Notes under the pieces: generated by a model
What the model saw: only the letters and a program-made list of their open reading frames with translations
Database searches by the model: none
Told to the model about the DNA's origin: nothing
Translations under genes and position numbers: made by a program
NCBI GenBank assembly: GCA_039028615.1
Contig: JBCCHT010000015.1
Coordinates: 128,001 to 192,000, forward strand
Length of the DNA stretch: 64,000 nt
Direction of reading: 5' to 3'
Source: Myxococcota bacterium
Lineage (GTDB): Bacteria; Myxococcota_A; Polyangia; Nannocystales; Nannocystaceae
Part shown: positions 38,791 to 47,511 of the stretch, one piece after another
How positions within the stretch are numbered: the stretch's first letter is position 1
Layout of the letters: each line of letters starts with the position of its first letter

Positions 38791-41700
38791 ATGAAGCACG
38801 GACTCAAATACGGGACCATGTACGGGGACTTCTCTCGGCTCCCGGAGGGGTTGTTCGAGCCGTTCACCAACGTGTGGATGCAGCAGGGGAGGGTGCAGCT
38901 CGACTCCGACTGGAACGCCCAAGCGGCGCTGACTCGACAGCGCGCGGCGATCGGGCTGACCGACATCATCGGTCGCACCGGGGCCCCCGCCGTGTCGCCC
39001 GGGTTCGGTGTGCGGCCGATGTTCGGGGTCGAGCTGGGTCTTCACGGCTACCTCGAGGTGCACGACGCGGCCCCGTTCGCGTTCGAAGGCACTCAGCCCT
39101 TCACCCTCGAGGCCTGGGTCGACCTGTCGCCGCTCGACGGTGGGGGCACCGTGCTCACCTGCGCCTCGCCGATGGCCGATGGTGGCTACTCGCTGTTCAT
39201 TCGCGACACGCTGGTCCGCTTCGGTCGCTGGGAGCTCGACGAGCGCGGGGAGGCTTCGTGGCAGCTGCTCGAGGCCCGACGCCCGCTGACCCCCGGCCGC
39301 TTCATGCACGTGGCGGCGGTCTACGACGGTCGGGTGTCGCGGGTCTACGTCGGCGGTAAGCTGGCGGGGGAGGGCGCCGCGGGGCCGGGGGCTTCGGGGG
39401 CGTCACAGCTGTTCCTCGGTGGAGTGCCCGAGGACTCGGGGGTGCCGGGCGAGTCGCTCGATGGAGCGATGGCCGGGGTTCGGATCTGGTCGCGGGCCCG
39501 GTCGCGGGCCGAGATTGCCCGCGATGTCGCTCGGGACCGTCGGGGGCTGGCGGACGAGCGAGCGGAGCACCTGATCGCCCATTGGCCTCTCGACCAGGGG
39601 CACGGCGAACGGGCACAAAACGACGTCGGTGCTCGCTACGCCACGTTGCGCGACGGGGCGAGCTGGCGGTTGTTCGACCTGGCGATCGAGCCGGGTCGCT
39701 ACTACGTCGACGGGGCCATCGCCGAGCTTCATCGTGGCGAGCGCTACACACAGCAGCACGCATACCCGGGGGCCCGGCTGCCTACGCATCCGGGGCTCTA
39801 CGCCATCGTGCTCGAGCTGTGGGAGCGGTCGATCAACCCCATCGAGGACCCGACCCTCCGCGAGATTGCGCTGGGCGGGCCCACCACCACGACCCGCAGC
39901 GCCTTGGTGCCCGCGGTGCGGCTGATCTCGTTGCCGCGGGCTCAGGCCGACCTGCTGAAGCTCGACCACGACGAGACGGCCCGTCGCATCGAGTCCGCGG
40001 TCGACTCGCTCACTCGCAGCACGGCCCGGATGTCGGCACGCCTGCGCCCCTCGGGGCCCGTGGGCAACTACCTGTATCGGGTGGAGGTTCACGACCCCGG
40101 GGTCCTGGGCGAGAGCCTGCCGAGCGAGCTCATCGAGCTCGAGGTCGTCCGGGTCGCGGCCGAGGTCTCCGAGCTGCACCTCGGCGATGTGGACCTCGAG
40201 ATCGTCGACTTCACCATCGACGAGTACGTCGAGCTGACCAGCGGCTCGGGTGAGCTGCGCGTGCACGCCCGGGTGCTGCACTGGCATGGGGAGCGGGGGG
40301 CCCTCGGGATCGAGATCGACGTCGAGACCCTCCAGATCCTCGAGGCCGACGGCCCGACGACCCTGCGTCGGTCTCGAGGTCCCACCTTCAAGTGGTCCCG
40401 GACCAACGGGTCGACGGTGGAGGCGATCGAGCCCATCGAAGGCGACGGCAAGACCCTCGTCGTCACCGGGTGGACGGACGGCCGCATGCCCATCTCCGCG
40501 GGCGATTGGCTCGAGATCGTCGACGATCGCTACACGCTGCGCAACGAGCCCGCGCACCTGGTGCAGGTGGCTCGGGTCTCTTCCCAGCAGCGTCGCATCG
40601 AGCTGGTCGAGCCGGCTCCCTCGGGGGTCGGGCGCAACGGGTCGTTGCATCCCTTCGTGCGGCGGTGGGACCAGCACGCCACGGAAGCCACCCAGCTGCG
40701 AGGCGGCGCGGTGGTCATCGACCGTAACCAGTGGATCGCGCTCGAGCACGGCCTCTCGGTCTCGTTCGAGGCCGGGACCTACCGCCGGGGCGACTACTGG
40801 TGGGTCACGGCGCGCGCCGACAGCCAGTCGATCGAGTGGCCCACCCGCGACGACGAGCCGCTGTCTCAGCCTCCCTTGGGGGTCGCGCGCTCGCGGGCCG
40901 TGCTCGGGTTGTTCGCTCAGGGCAAGGGGGCCGCGGTCGTTCGCGATCTTCGTCGAGTCTTCGCCACGCTGCCCTTCCATGGGGGGGTGCCGCACGGGGA
41001 CACCGACGGCGACGGCATCGAGGACGAGGCCATCCCGCTCGAGCCCGAGGTCATTCCCGAGACGCGAACGGAAGAGCCCGAGCCGTCGCCGAGCTTCGCC
41101 GAAGGTGGCGAGATCATCCTTCGTACCGTCGACGAGCCGCCCCTGAACTACCACCGCACGGGCGACCGCATCGAACTCGAAGGGCCCACGCCGCACTGGG
41201 ATCACGATGCGCTGGAGGGCATGGGAGCGGACTGCGAAGGCGTGACCGAGGTGGGCGGTGTTGCGTTCGTGCTCTCGGCCGAGGCCATCTTCCGCGTGGC
41301 GGACAACGGCGCGCTCGCCCAAGGGGCACGGATGCCGGCGCTGCGTCGGGCGTTCGGCTTGACCGCGTGCCGGGGTCGCATCTTCGTGATCGGTGGTGTC
41401 GACGATCGAGGTCGGCGGGTCGATACCGTGTTCGCCTACGATCCGAGCGCCGATCAATGGGAGACGCGAGCGCCCCTGCCTCGCGAGCGCAGTCACCTCG
41501 GAGCGACGGACGTCGACGGCAAGATCTACGCGGTCGGCGGCATCGAGTCGTTCCTTTGGCTCTTCGAGCGGGCCAGCGATCGCCTCGACATCTACGACCC
41601 CGAGCACGATCGCTGGTCGGAGGGCCCCACGGCGCCGCATCGTCGCAGCGAGCTCGGGGTCGCGACCTTGGGCTCGCAGGTACACGCGGTGGGAGGCAGC

Positions 41701-43008
41701 CGTCGGTCGTGGGGCAAGGACCAGGAGACCGATACCCACCAGATCTACGACGTCGCTCGCAAGACCTGGGTCGAAGGGGAGCCGCTGCCGCTGCGGGTCG
41801 CCGCGATGGCGGTGGCGGTGCACCACGGGCATCTACAGGTGGTCGGTGGTCGCAACCGTCGCGGCTGGCTCGCTCGCGCGAACGCCTACGACCCGGCCTT
41901 TGCCACCTGGAGCGCCGCCCCACGCTTGGCGATCGCGGTCGAGTTCCCGCACGGGGCGGCGGTTCGCTCGCAGCCGTGGGTGCTCGGTCGGGCGGGCGCA
42001 GAGTCGTCGAGCGTGGTGCGGCAGCGGCTCGCGGCGCGTCCCGTGCTCTACGTGTTTGCCCGGGATGAACCCGATGCGGTCGGTCGTGGGGATGCTGCGA
42101 GTCGATTGCCGCCGCCGGTCAGTCGAGGCATGCGCCCCGCCGGGTCCGACCGTGCCCCCGAGGGCCATCGGCGCAAGCCTCGAGCGCGGAGGGCCCTCGA
42201 GATCGCGACGGCGGGCACCCTCACCCTCGGAGGTGGCGGTGGGACGGCGTGGTGGCTGCTGCCGAACGGCGAATCCTCGGGCACGGGCACGGAGGCTGGC
42301 GCCGAAGGAGGCAGCGCTGCGCTCGAGCCAGTGGCGTCCATCGGGCGTCGCCAGGTCCATCGCGTGACCTCGTTCGGCTTCGTGTTGTTCGAGTCGGGTC
42401 TGACGGTCGCGGCCAACGGAGCCCCGGAAGCGTTCCACCCCGACGGGGCGCCGGGCCTGGATGCCCTCACCGACGCGGGGCGCCCCGGCGACTGGTGGGC
42501 CCTGGTGACGGAAGGGGGAGGCTCGCGCGGCACGCCCATCGTGCAGGGCGAAGAGGACCCGGCGCCCGGCTTCTACATCTCGAGTACCGCACTGGTCGAT
42601 GCCGAGCGGCGCCAGGACGACCCGCGGCGCTACGTCGATGCCTCGCAGATCCCGTACGTGGCGCTCCCCGGAGGGCACGACTTGTTCGGAGCGCAGCTGG
42701 GCGACGTCGCCACGGTGCTGCACCTCGACAGCGGCATGGTGGCCCACGCCATCGTGGCGGACGAAGGCCCGCCCGACCTGCTCGGCACGGGGTCGATCGC
42801 GTTGGCGAATTCCTTAGAGCTCGACGCCGACCCGCGCGACGGCGGAGCCTCGTCCGGGGTGGTGTACCTGGTCTATCCGGGCACGGGAGACGGCAAGCCC
42901 CGGTCGGCGGAGGAGATCGACGAAATCGGTGCCCGTGAACTCGAGCGCCTGGGAGGCCGTGCCGAGCTCGAGCGCCTGGCCGAGCTTCATCGAGGGTCGA
43001 CGCCATGA
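38791..43008 (+). CDS. DUF6519 tail-fibre-type protein with LamG, Kelch and GH75-like domains
   Basis: GDFSR...MQQGRVQLDSDWN, GRYYVDG, NYLYRVEVH, FKWSR-NGS; LamG FTLEAWV/HVAAVYDG/RIWSRARS; Kelch IFVIGG/IYAVGG; C-terminal DPAPGFYISSTAL...YVDASQIPYVALP. Start could be 38818. Confidence 0.85.
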   Translation: MKHGLKYGTMYGDFSRLPEGLFEPFTNVWMQQGRVQLDSDWNAQAALTRQRAAIGLTDIIGRTGAPAVSPGFGVRPMFGVELGLHGYLEVHDAAPFAFEGTQPFTLEAWVDLSPLDGGGTVLTCASPMADGGYSLFIRDTLVRFGRWELDERGEASWQLLEARRPLTPGRFMHVAAVYDGRVSRVYVGGKLAGEGAAGPGASGASQLFLGGVPEDSGVPGESLDGAMAGVRIWSRARSRAEIARDVARDRRGLADERAEHLIAHWPLDQGHGERAQNDVGARYATLRDGASWRLFDLAIEPGRYYVDGAIAELHRGERYTQQHAYPGARLPTHPGLYAIVLELWERSINPIEDPTLREIALGGPTTTTRSALVPAVRLISLPRAQADLLKLDHDETARRIESAVDSLTRSTARMSARLRPSGPVGNYLYRVEVHDPGVLGESLPSELIELEVVRVAAEVSELHLGDVDLEIVDFTIDEYVELTSGSGELRVHARVLHWHGERGALGIEIDVETLQILEADGPTTLRRSRGPTFKWSRTNGSTVEAIEPIEGDGKTLVVTGWTDGRMPISAGDWLEIVDDRYTLRNEPAHLVQVARVSSQQRRIELVEPAPSGVGRNGSLHPFVRRWDQHATEATQLRGGAVVIDRNQWIALEHGLSVSFEAGTYRRGDYWWVTARADSQSIEWPTRDDEPLSQPPLGVARSRAVLGLFAQGKGAAVVRDLRRVFATLPFHGGVPHGDTDGDGIEDEAIPLEPEVIPETRTEEPEPSPSFAEGGEIILRTVDEPPLNYHRTGDRIELEGPTPHWDHDALEGMGADCEGVTEVGGVAFVLSAEAIFRVADNGALAQGARMPALRRAFGLTACRGRIFVIGGVDDRGRRVDTVFAYDPSADQWETRAPLPRERSHLGATDVDGKIYAVGGIESFLWLFERASDRLDIYDPEHDRWSEGPTAPHRRSELGVATLGSQVHAVGGSRRSWGKDQETDTHQIYDVARKTWVEGEPLPLRVAAMAVAVHHGHLQVVGGRNRRGWLARANAYDPAFATWSAAPRLAIAVEFPHGAAVRSQPWVLGRAGAESSSVVRQRLAARPVLYVFARDEPDAVGRGDAASRLPPPVSRGMRPAGSDRAPEGHRRKPRARRALEIATAGTLTLGGGGGTAWWLLPNGESSGTGTEAGAEGGSAALEPVASIGRRQVHRVTSFGFVLFESGLTVAANGAPEAFHPDGAPGLDALTDAGRPGDWWALVTEGGGSRGTPIVQGEEDPAPGFYISSTALVDAERRQDDPRRYVDASQIPYVALPGGHDLFGAQLGDVATVLHLDSGMVAHAIVADEGPPDLLGTGSIALANSLELDADPRDGGASSGVVYLVYPGTGDGKPRSAEEIDEIGARELERLGGRAELERLAELHRGSTP

Positions 43009-45293
43009 CCGAGGCGGTGGTCCAGAGCACGCCGCTGGTCTCCACGTCGGGCGAGGCGCTGCCGCTGGTCTCGTGCATCATGCCGACCAAGGACCGTCGC
43101 CCCTACGTCGCGGGCGCGATCGAGTACTTCTTGCGGCAGGACTACCCGAACCGTGAGCTCATCATCCTCGACAGCGGCGAGGATGCGGTGGCGGACCTGG
43201 TGCCCGAGCACCCGATGATTCACTACGTCCGCTGCGAGGTCGGCTTGTGCCTCGGCAGCAAGCGCAACTTGGCGTGCGAGCGGGCCCGCGGGGAGCTCAT
43301 TTCGCACTGGGACGACGACGACTGGAGCGCGCCCTGGCGGCTGCGGGTGCAGGTGCAGCAGCTGCTCGCCGACGATGCGGACATGTGTGGGCTGGCGAGC
43401 ATGCTCTACTACGACGCCCAGACCAAGGCGGCGTGGCGCTACGAGTATCCGAAGGGCGACCGGCCGTGGGTCGGCGGCTGTACCATGCTCTACCGCCGCG
43501 ATCTGTGGCTCTCGCAGCGCTTCGAGGACCTGCACAGCGGCGAGGACAACCGCTTCGTGTGGCGAGACCCCGCGCCGCGTATCGCGATACCCGAGGACGG
43601 GTCCTTCCATGTCGCGCTGGTACACGGCGGCAACGCGAGCCCGAAGCACACCAATACCGTGCGCTGGCGACCGATTCCGATCGAGCGCATCGAAGAGGTC
43701 ATGGGTTCGGATTTTCGCCACCACGGCCGAGCGCGACCGAGCCGCCCCGCGGTCTCGGCCTCCTCATCGGCCGCTACCCCTGCGCCGCGCCCGGCGGCCT
43801 CGGGCTTTCGCAATCTGTACGCGTGCCTCGTGCACGAGCGGCCGGACTGCGTCGCCGACCTCGTTCGAAACCTTCGCTATCTCGACCCGCAGGCGCACGT
43901 CCTGCTCTACGACGGAAGCCCCCGCAGCAGCCTGCTGCGAGGCGGGCACCTCGAGGGGCTCGGCGCGATGGTTCACCCCACGCCGCGCCCCATGAAGTGG
44001 GGCTACCTCCACGACTTCGCCCTCGACTGCATGCGCTACGGCCTGCAGGCGATGAGCTTCGATGCGCTGACCATCGTCGACTCGGACCAGCTGGCCATCC
44101 GCTCCGGGTTCACCCCGCGACTCGGCGAGTACCTGGCGGAGCACGAAGACGCCGGCATCCTCACCTGCGCTCCGCACCCGCAGCGGGCGGCCACCGCCGC
44201 CGACCCGGCCAAGACGGCGCTGCGCGAGAACAACCTGTGGCAGTCGTTCTTCGAGCGCTATCCGGGGCCCGAGCAGGAGCGCTGGTACTGGACCTTCTGG
44301 CCCACGACGGTCTTCACCGCCAAGGCGGCGCGGGACCTGCTGGCGATCTTCGAGGACGAGCAGCTGCGCTCGATCCTGGGGCGCTCGCGGCTATGGGCGA
44401 CCGAGGAGGTCTTGTTTCCCACCCTGACCGCGCTGCTCGGCCACGACGTACTCGCCAACCCCGGTAGCTACGACTACGTGAAGTATCGAGCGCGCTACTC
44501 CGTGGCCGACCTCGATGCGGCGATGGGCTCCGATGATTGTTTCTGGGTGCACCCGGTGCCGCGGGACTACGACGATCCGCTGCGCCGTTACATTCGCGAA
44601 CGTCACGGGGACTACGTCCGGCCCGCGTCCGAAGACGAGGCGTCGGTCGAGTCGAGGCCGGCCGACGAACGCCGGGAGGGTCCCCCCGTCTTGCGGACGC
44701 TGCCCATCGTGCGAGCCATTCGCCCGCTGAAGGGGTGGCTCGACGATGATGAGGCCGATCTGCTGGTGGCCACGACGCGCGAGGCGCTGGCGCTGCCGGG
44801 CGCACCCAACGTGGTGGAGGTGGGGAGCTTCTGTGGTCGCGCCACGGTGGCCATGGGGATGGTCGCGCGCACCGTCGATGCCGCCCACGTGTTCGCCGTC
44901 GATGCCTTCGATGGGGTGGTCGGGGCGGCGGGCGATCGCCTGGAGCACTTCGGCCCCACGCTCGAGCGCTTCACCGCCAATGTCGATCGGGCTGGCCTGC
45001 AGCGCTGGGTCACCGCCGTACCCACCGAGGGACAGCGCCCCGAGTGGAGCGCGTCGCTGGCCATGCTCGTCGTGGACGGACTACACGACTACGCGAACGT
45101 CTCCGCCGATCTCGAGCACTTCGAGCGGTGGCTTCGTCCCGGGGGCTACCTGGTGTTCCACGATTACGCGCCCTACTTCCCCGGAGTGACGACCCTGGTG
45201 GACGAGGTGCTCGCTCGCGGCGACTACGGGTGGGTGGCGCAGGCGTCCACGCTGGTCGTGTTGCGCAAGCGCGAGCCGAAGGAGGACGACTGA
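43005..45293 (+). CDS. GT2 glycosyltransferase + second GT-like domain + class I SAM methyltransferase fusion
   Basis: PLVSCIMPT-DR, QDYPN-ELII-D, HWDDDDW; central IVDSDQL; C-terminal VVEVGSFCGR, VVDGLHDY, LRPGGYLVFHDY. Confidence 0.85.
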   Translation: MTEAVVQSTPLVSTSGEALPLVSCIMPTKDRRPYVAGAIEYFLRQDYPNRELIILDSGEDAVADLVPEHPMIHYVRCEVGLCLGSKRNLACERARGELISHWDDDDWSAPWRLRVQVQQLLADDADMCGLASMLYYDAQTKAAWRYEYPKGDRPWVGGCTMLYRRDLWLSQRFEDLHSGEDNRFVWRDPAPRIAIPEDGSFHVALVHGGNASPKHTNTVRWRPIPIERIEEVMGSDFRHHGRARPSRPAVSASSSAATPAPRPAASGFRNLYACLVHERPDCVADLVRNLRYLDPQAHVLLYDGSPRSSLLRGGHLEGLGAMVHPTPRPMKWGYLHDFALDCMRYGLQAMSFDALTIVDSDQLAIRSGFTPRLGEYLAEHEDAGILTCAPHPQRAATAADPAKTALRENNLWQSFFERYPGPEQERWYWTFWPTTVFTAKAARDLLAIFEDEQLRSILGRSRLWATEEVLFPTLTALLGHDVLANPGSYDYVKYRARYSVADLDAAMGSDDCFWVHPVPRDYDDPLRRYIRERHGDYVRPASEDEASVESRPADERREGPPVLRTLPIVRAIRPLKGWLDDDEADLLVATTREALALPGAPNVVEVGSFCGRATVAMGMVARTVDAAHVFAVDAFDGVVGAAGDRLEHFGPTLERFTANVDRAGLQRWVTAVPTEGQRPEWSASLAMLVVDGLHDYANVSADLEHFERWLRPGGYLVFHDYAPYFPGVTTLVDEVLARGDYGWVAQASTLVVLRKREPKEDD

Positions 45294-46084
45294 TGCGTTG
45301 GTCTCGGCACGCCGCCGCGATCACCGTGATCGTGGTCGCGATGTCGGCCGCGGGGTGTCGCGATCGGCAAGACGATTCGGGACGCGGCGCCGCGGCGGGG
45401 GATGCCACCGACGATTCCTCTTCGTTCGAGCTCCTCCCCGGCACCATCACTCCGCTGAAGCCTGGAGCGCGCGGTGTCGATCGCCTGGGCGCAATCAATG
45501 CCCGACGCGCCCGGGCCCTGCGTGCCGACGGGATCGACTTCGCGGTCCGCTATGTCCGCCACGCGTCGTCCAACGCCTCGCTGACGACCCGCAAGGAAGC
45601 AGAGGGCATCTTGGGGGCGGGCCTGACCCTGATGCTCGTGCAGGAAGGTCGAGGGTTTCGCCAAACCCGGCCCTCGGCGGAGCTGGGCGAGCGCGATGCT
45701 CGAGCGGCGGTCGCCCATGCCGAGCACCTCGGCTATCCACGCCAGGGAACGCTGTGGCTGGACATGGAGGCCATCACCGCGCCCGGTACGACCGCGGACG
45801 ACGTCATGAACTACGCGCGTCGATGGCATGAGGTCGTTGATGAGCACTACTCGCCGGGCTACTACGTGGGCCCGGTGGGCAAGCTCGACGGTGACCAGCT
45901 GGGGTCGCTGCCCTTCGAGCACTTTTGGAAATCCGCGGCTCGGGTGCCGACACCCACCGGGCGCGGCTACCAGCTCCTCCAGGGGCATCATCGCGAGATC
46001 GCGGGCGTGGTGGTGGACCCGGATACCGCCCAGGACGACGATCAGGGCGGCCGCGCGCTCGGACTCTCGCCTCCATCTCGATGA
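45293..46084 (+). CDS. DUF1906 (Rv2525c-like, GH25-related) glycoside hydrolase lipoprotein
   Basis: TGATG coupling; lipobox AAGC; GVD, GIDFAVRY, GLTLMLVQE, G-RDA--AV--A--LG-P, LWLDME. Confidence 0.75.
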   Translation: MRWSRHAAAITVIVVAMSAAGCRDRQDDSGRGAAAGDATDDSSSFELLPGTITPLKPGARGVDRLGAINARRARALRADGIDFAVRYVRHASSNASLTTRKEAEGILGAGLTLMLVQEGRGFRQTRPSAELGERDARAAVAHAEHLGYPRQGTLWLDMEAITAPGTTADDVMNYARRWHEVVDEHYSPGYYVGPVGKLDGDQLGSLPFEHFWKSAARVPTPTGRGYQLLQGHHREIAGVVVDPDTAQDDDQGGRALGLSPPSR

Positions 46085-46165
46085 GCGGCACCTCGGAGCC
46101 CACGCCTAAATCACCCAGAATCCGCTCGTAATCCGCTATCCTGACCCCAGGAGACGACGCCCTCG

Positions 46166-47509
46166 ATGCCCCATCAACGAGTTGCCGCGCGAGCGAAAGC
46201 TGCTGGAGATCCGCAGCCCGTACGCCCGGTGCAGCGCGTCGATGCTCCCGCGATGGAGGGATCACCCGGGATGTTCGGCATGAGCCTGAGCACCATGAAG
46301 GTCGGCCGCTCGCGCTCCACGAACCTGCCCGATCGCTTGCGCGCGGGCATCGAGTCGCTGAGCGGCATGTCGATGGGCGGAGTACAGGTCCACTACGACT
46401 CGCCGCGGCCGGCTCAGGTCGACGCCTTGGCCTACACACAGGGCCGGGACATCCACCTCGCGCCGGGGCAAGAAGAACACCTCGCCCACGAAGCGTGGCA
46501 CGTCGTGCAGCAGGCGCGGGGGCGCGTGCGGAGCACGGGGACGCTCGACAACGGGGCTCGCGTCAACGAAGACCACGCCCTCGAACGCGAAGCCGACGTG
46601 ATGGGGAAGCGAGCGCAGGGGCACTCGGGGTCCAGCCCCGCGCTCCCGACCGGTGAGAGCCCCGTCTCGTCGCCTCTTGCGCCCGGAACCGCCCAGGGGG
46701 GCTTCGCTCCCGTGCAGCGAAAACCCAAGAGCCTGCGGGCTCGTATTCGGGAGAAGCAGAAGAACAACACGCCGCTGACCGCACGCGAACAGAGGTTTTT
46801 GGATCAGCAGCAGCGAGCCCAGGCTCAGCCGACGCGGACCTTCTTCCACATCACGGGGAGCCCTGGCTTCGCCAATACCCTCGCGGCCGGTCGTCAGCGG
46901 CCAACGCCGCTCACCCATGCGCAGCTTCAAGCCAACCACGGCGTGAGCATCGATCCTCGGTTCACGCAGCGCAGCCGGACGGCCACGAATCCGATCGGGG
47001 ACAGCCTCAGACCAGGAGACGACCTCGGCCCTGGCTTCTATACGACCGACAGCGCGGCCTTCGTCGACCACTACCTGAACGCGAATTTCAGCGGCGGGGG
47101 CAACGAGCACGATGCTCGGATCCTGTCGTTCCAAGTTCCTGCCAATTCGTTTCGGCACTTGGACGTCCAGGACAACCGGCTCGACGACGAGGACACCTTC
47201 CAGCGAAACATGCGGGATGGCTTCGCGACTCAGGACGTTGCGACTCGACAAATCTCATTGCCGCGGCTCGATGCAGGAGTCGGCCACGATATCGTCAGCG
47301 GTCCGATCAATGACGTCGCGACACCGCCGACACGCCCCACCAGCGACGGCACGACGAGATTCAGCCAGGGGACCATCCTCAGGCTGGCCAACGAGACGCC
47401 GCGCCAGCAGAACTTCGCCAGTCGGGCCGCCGTGGACGCGCTGTACGACAACTCCCAGATGAGCGTGTTCAACCTCGAGCAGTGGCGAAAGCACCGCGCA
47501 GCGCGCTGA
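46166..47509 (+). CDS. DUF4157 (eCIS core) protein with C-terminal DUF3990/ART-like domain, candidate effector
   Basis: LPD-LR-GIESLSG, V-VHYDS--PAQV-ALAYTQG-DIH, HLAHEAWHVVQQ, LEREAD-MG, PVQR; then FFHIT, DLGPGFYTT, HDIVSGP. Confidence 0.82.
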   Translation: MPHQRVAARAKAAGDPQPVRPVQRVDAPAMEGSPGMFGMSLSTMKVGRSRSTNLPDRLRAGIESLSGMSMGGVQVHYDSPRPAQVDALAYTQGRDIHLAPGQEEHLAHEAWHVVQQARGRVRSTGTLDNGARVNEDHALEREADVMGKRAQGHSGSSPALPTGESPVSSPLAPGTAQGGFAPVQRKPKSLRARIREKQKNNTPLTAREQRFLDQQQRAQAQPTRTFFHITGSPGFANTLAAGRQRPTPLTHAQLQANHGVSIDPRFTQRSRTATNPIGDSLRPGDDLGPGFYTTDSAAFVDHYLNANFSGGGNEHDARILSFQVPANSFRHLDVQDNRLDDEDTFQRNMRDGFATQDVATRQISLPRLDAGVGHDIVSGPINDVATPPTRPTSDGTTRFSQGTILRLANETPRQQNFASRAAVDALYDNSQMSVFNLEQWRKHRAAR

Positions 47510-47511
47510 CC

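Noticed and set aside
16495..43008. Prophage or type VI secretion system
   Set aside because: No capsid, portal, terminase or integrase, and no TssJLM/TssK/ClpV. Pvc16, an Afp15-type ATPase and DUF4157 point to an eCIS.
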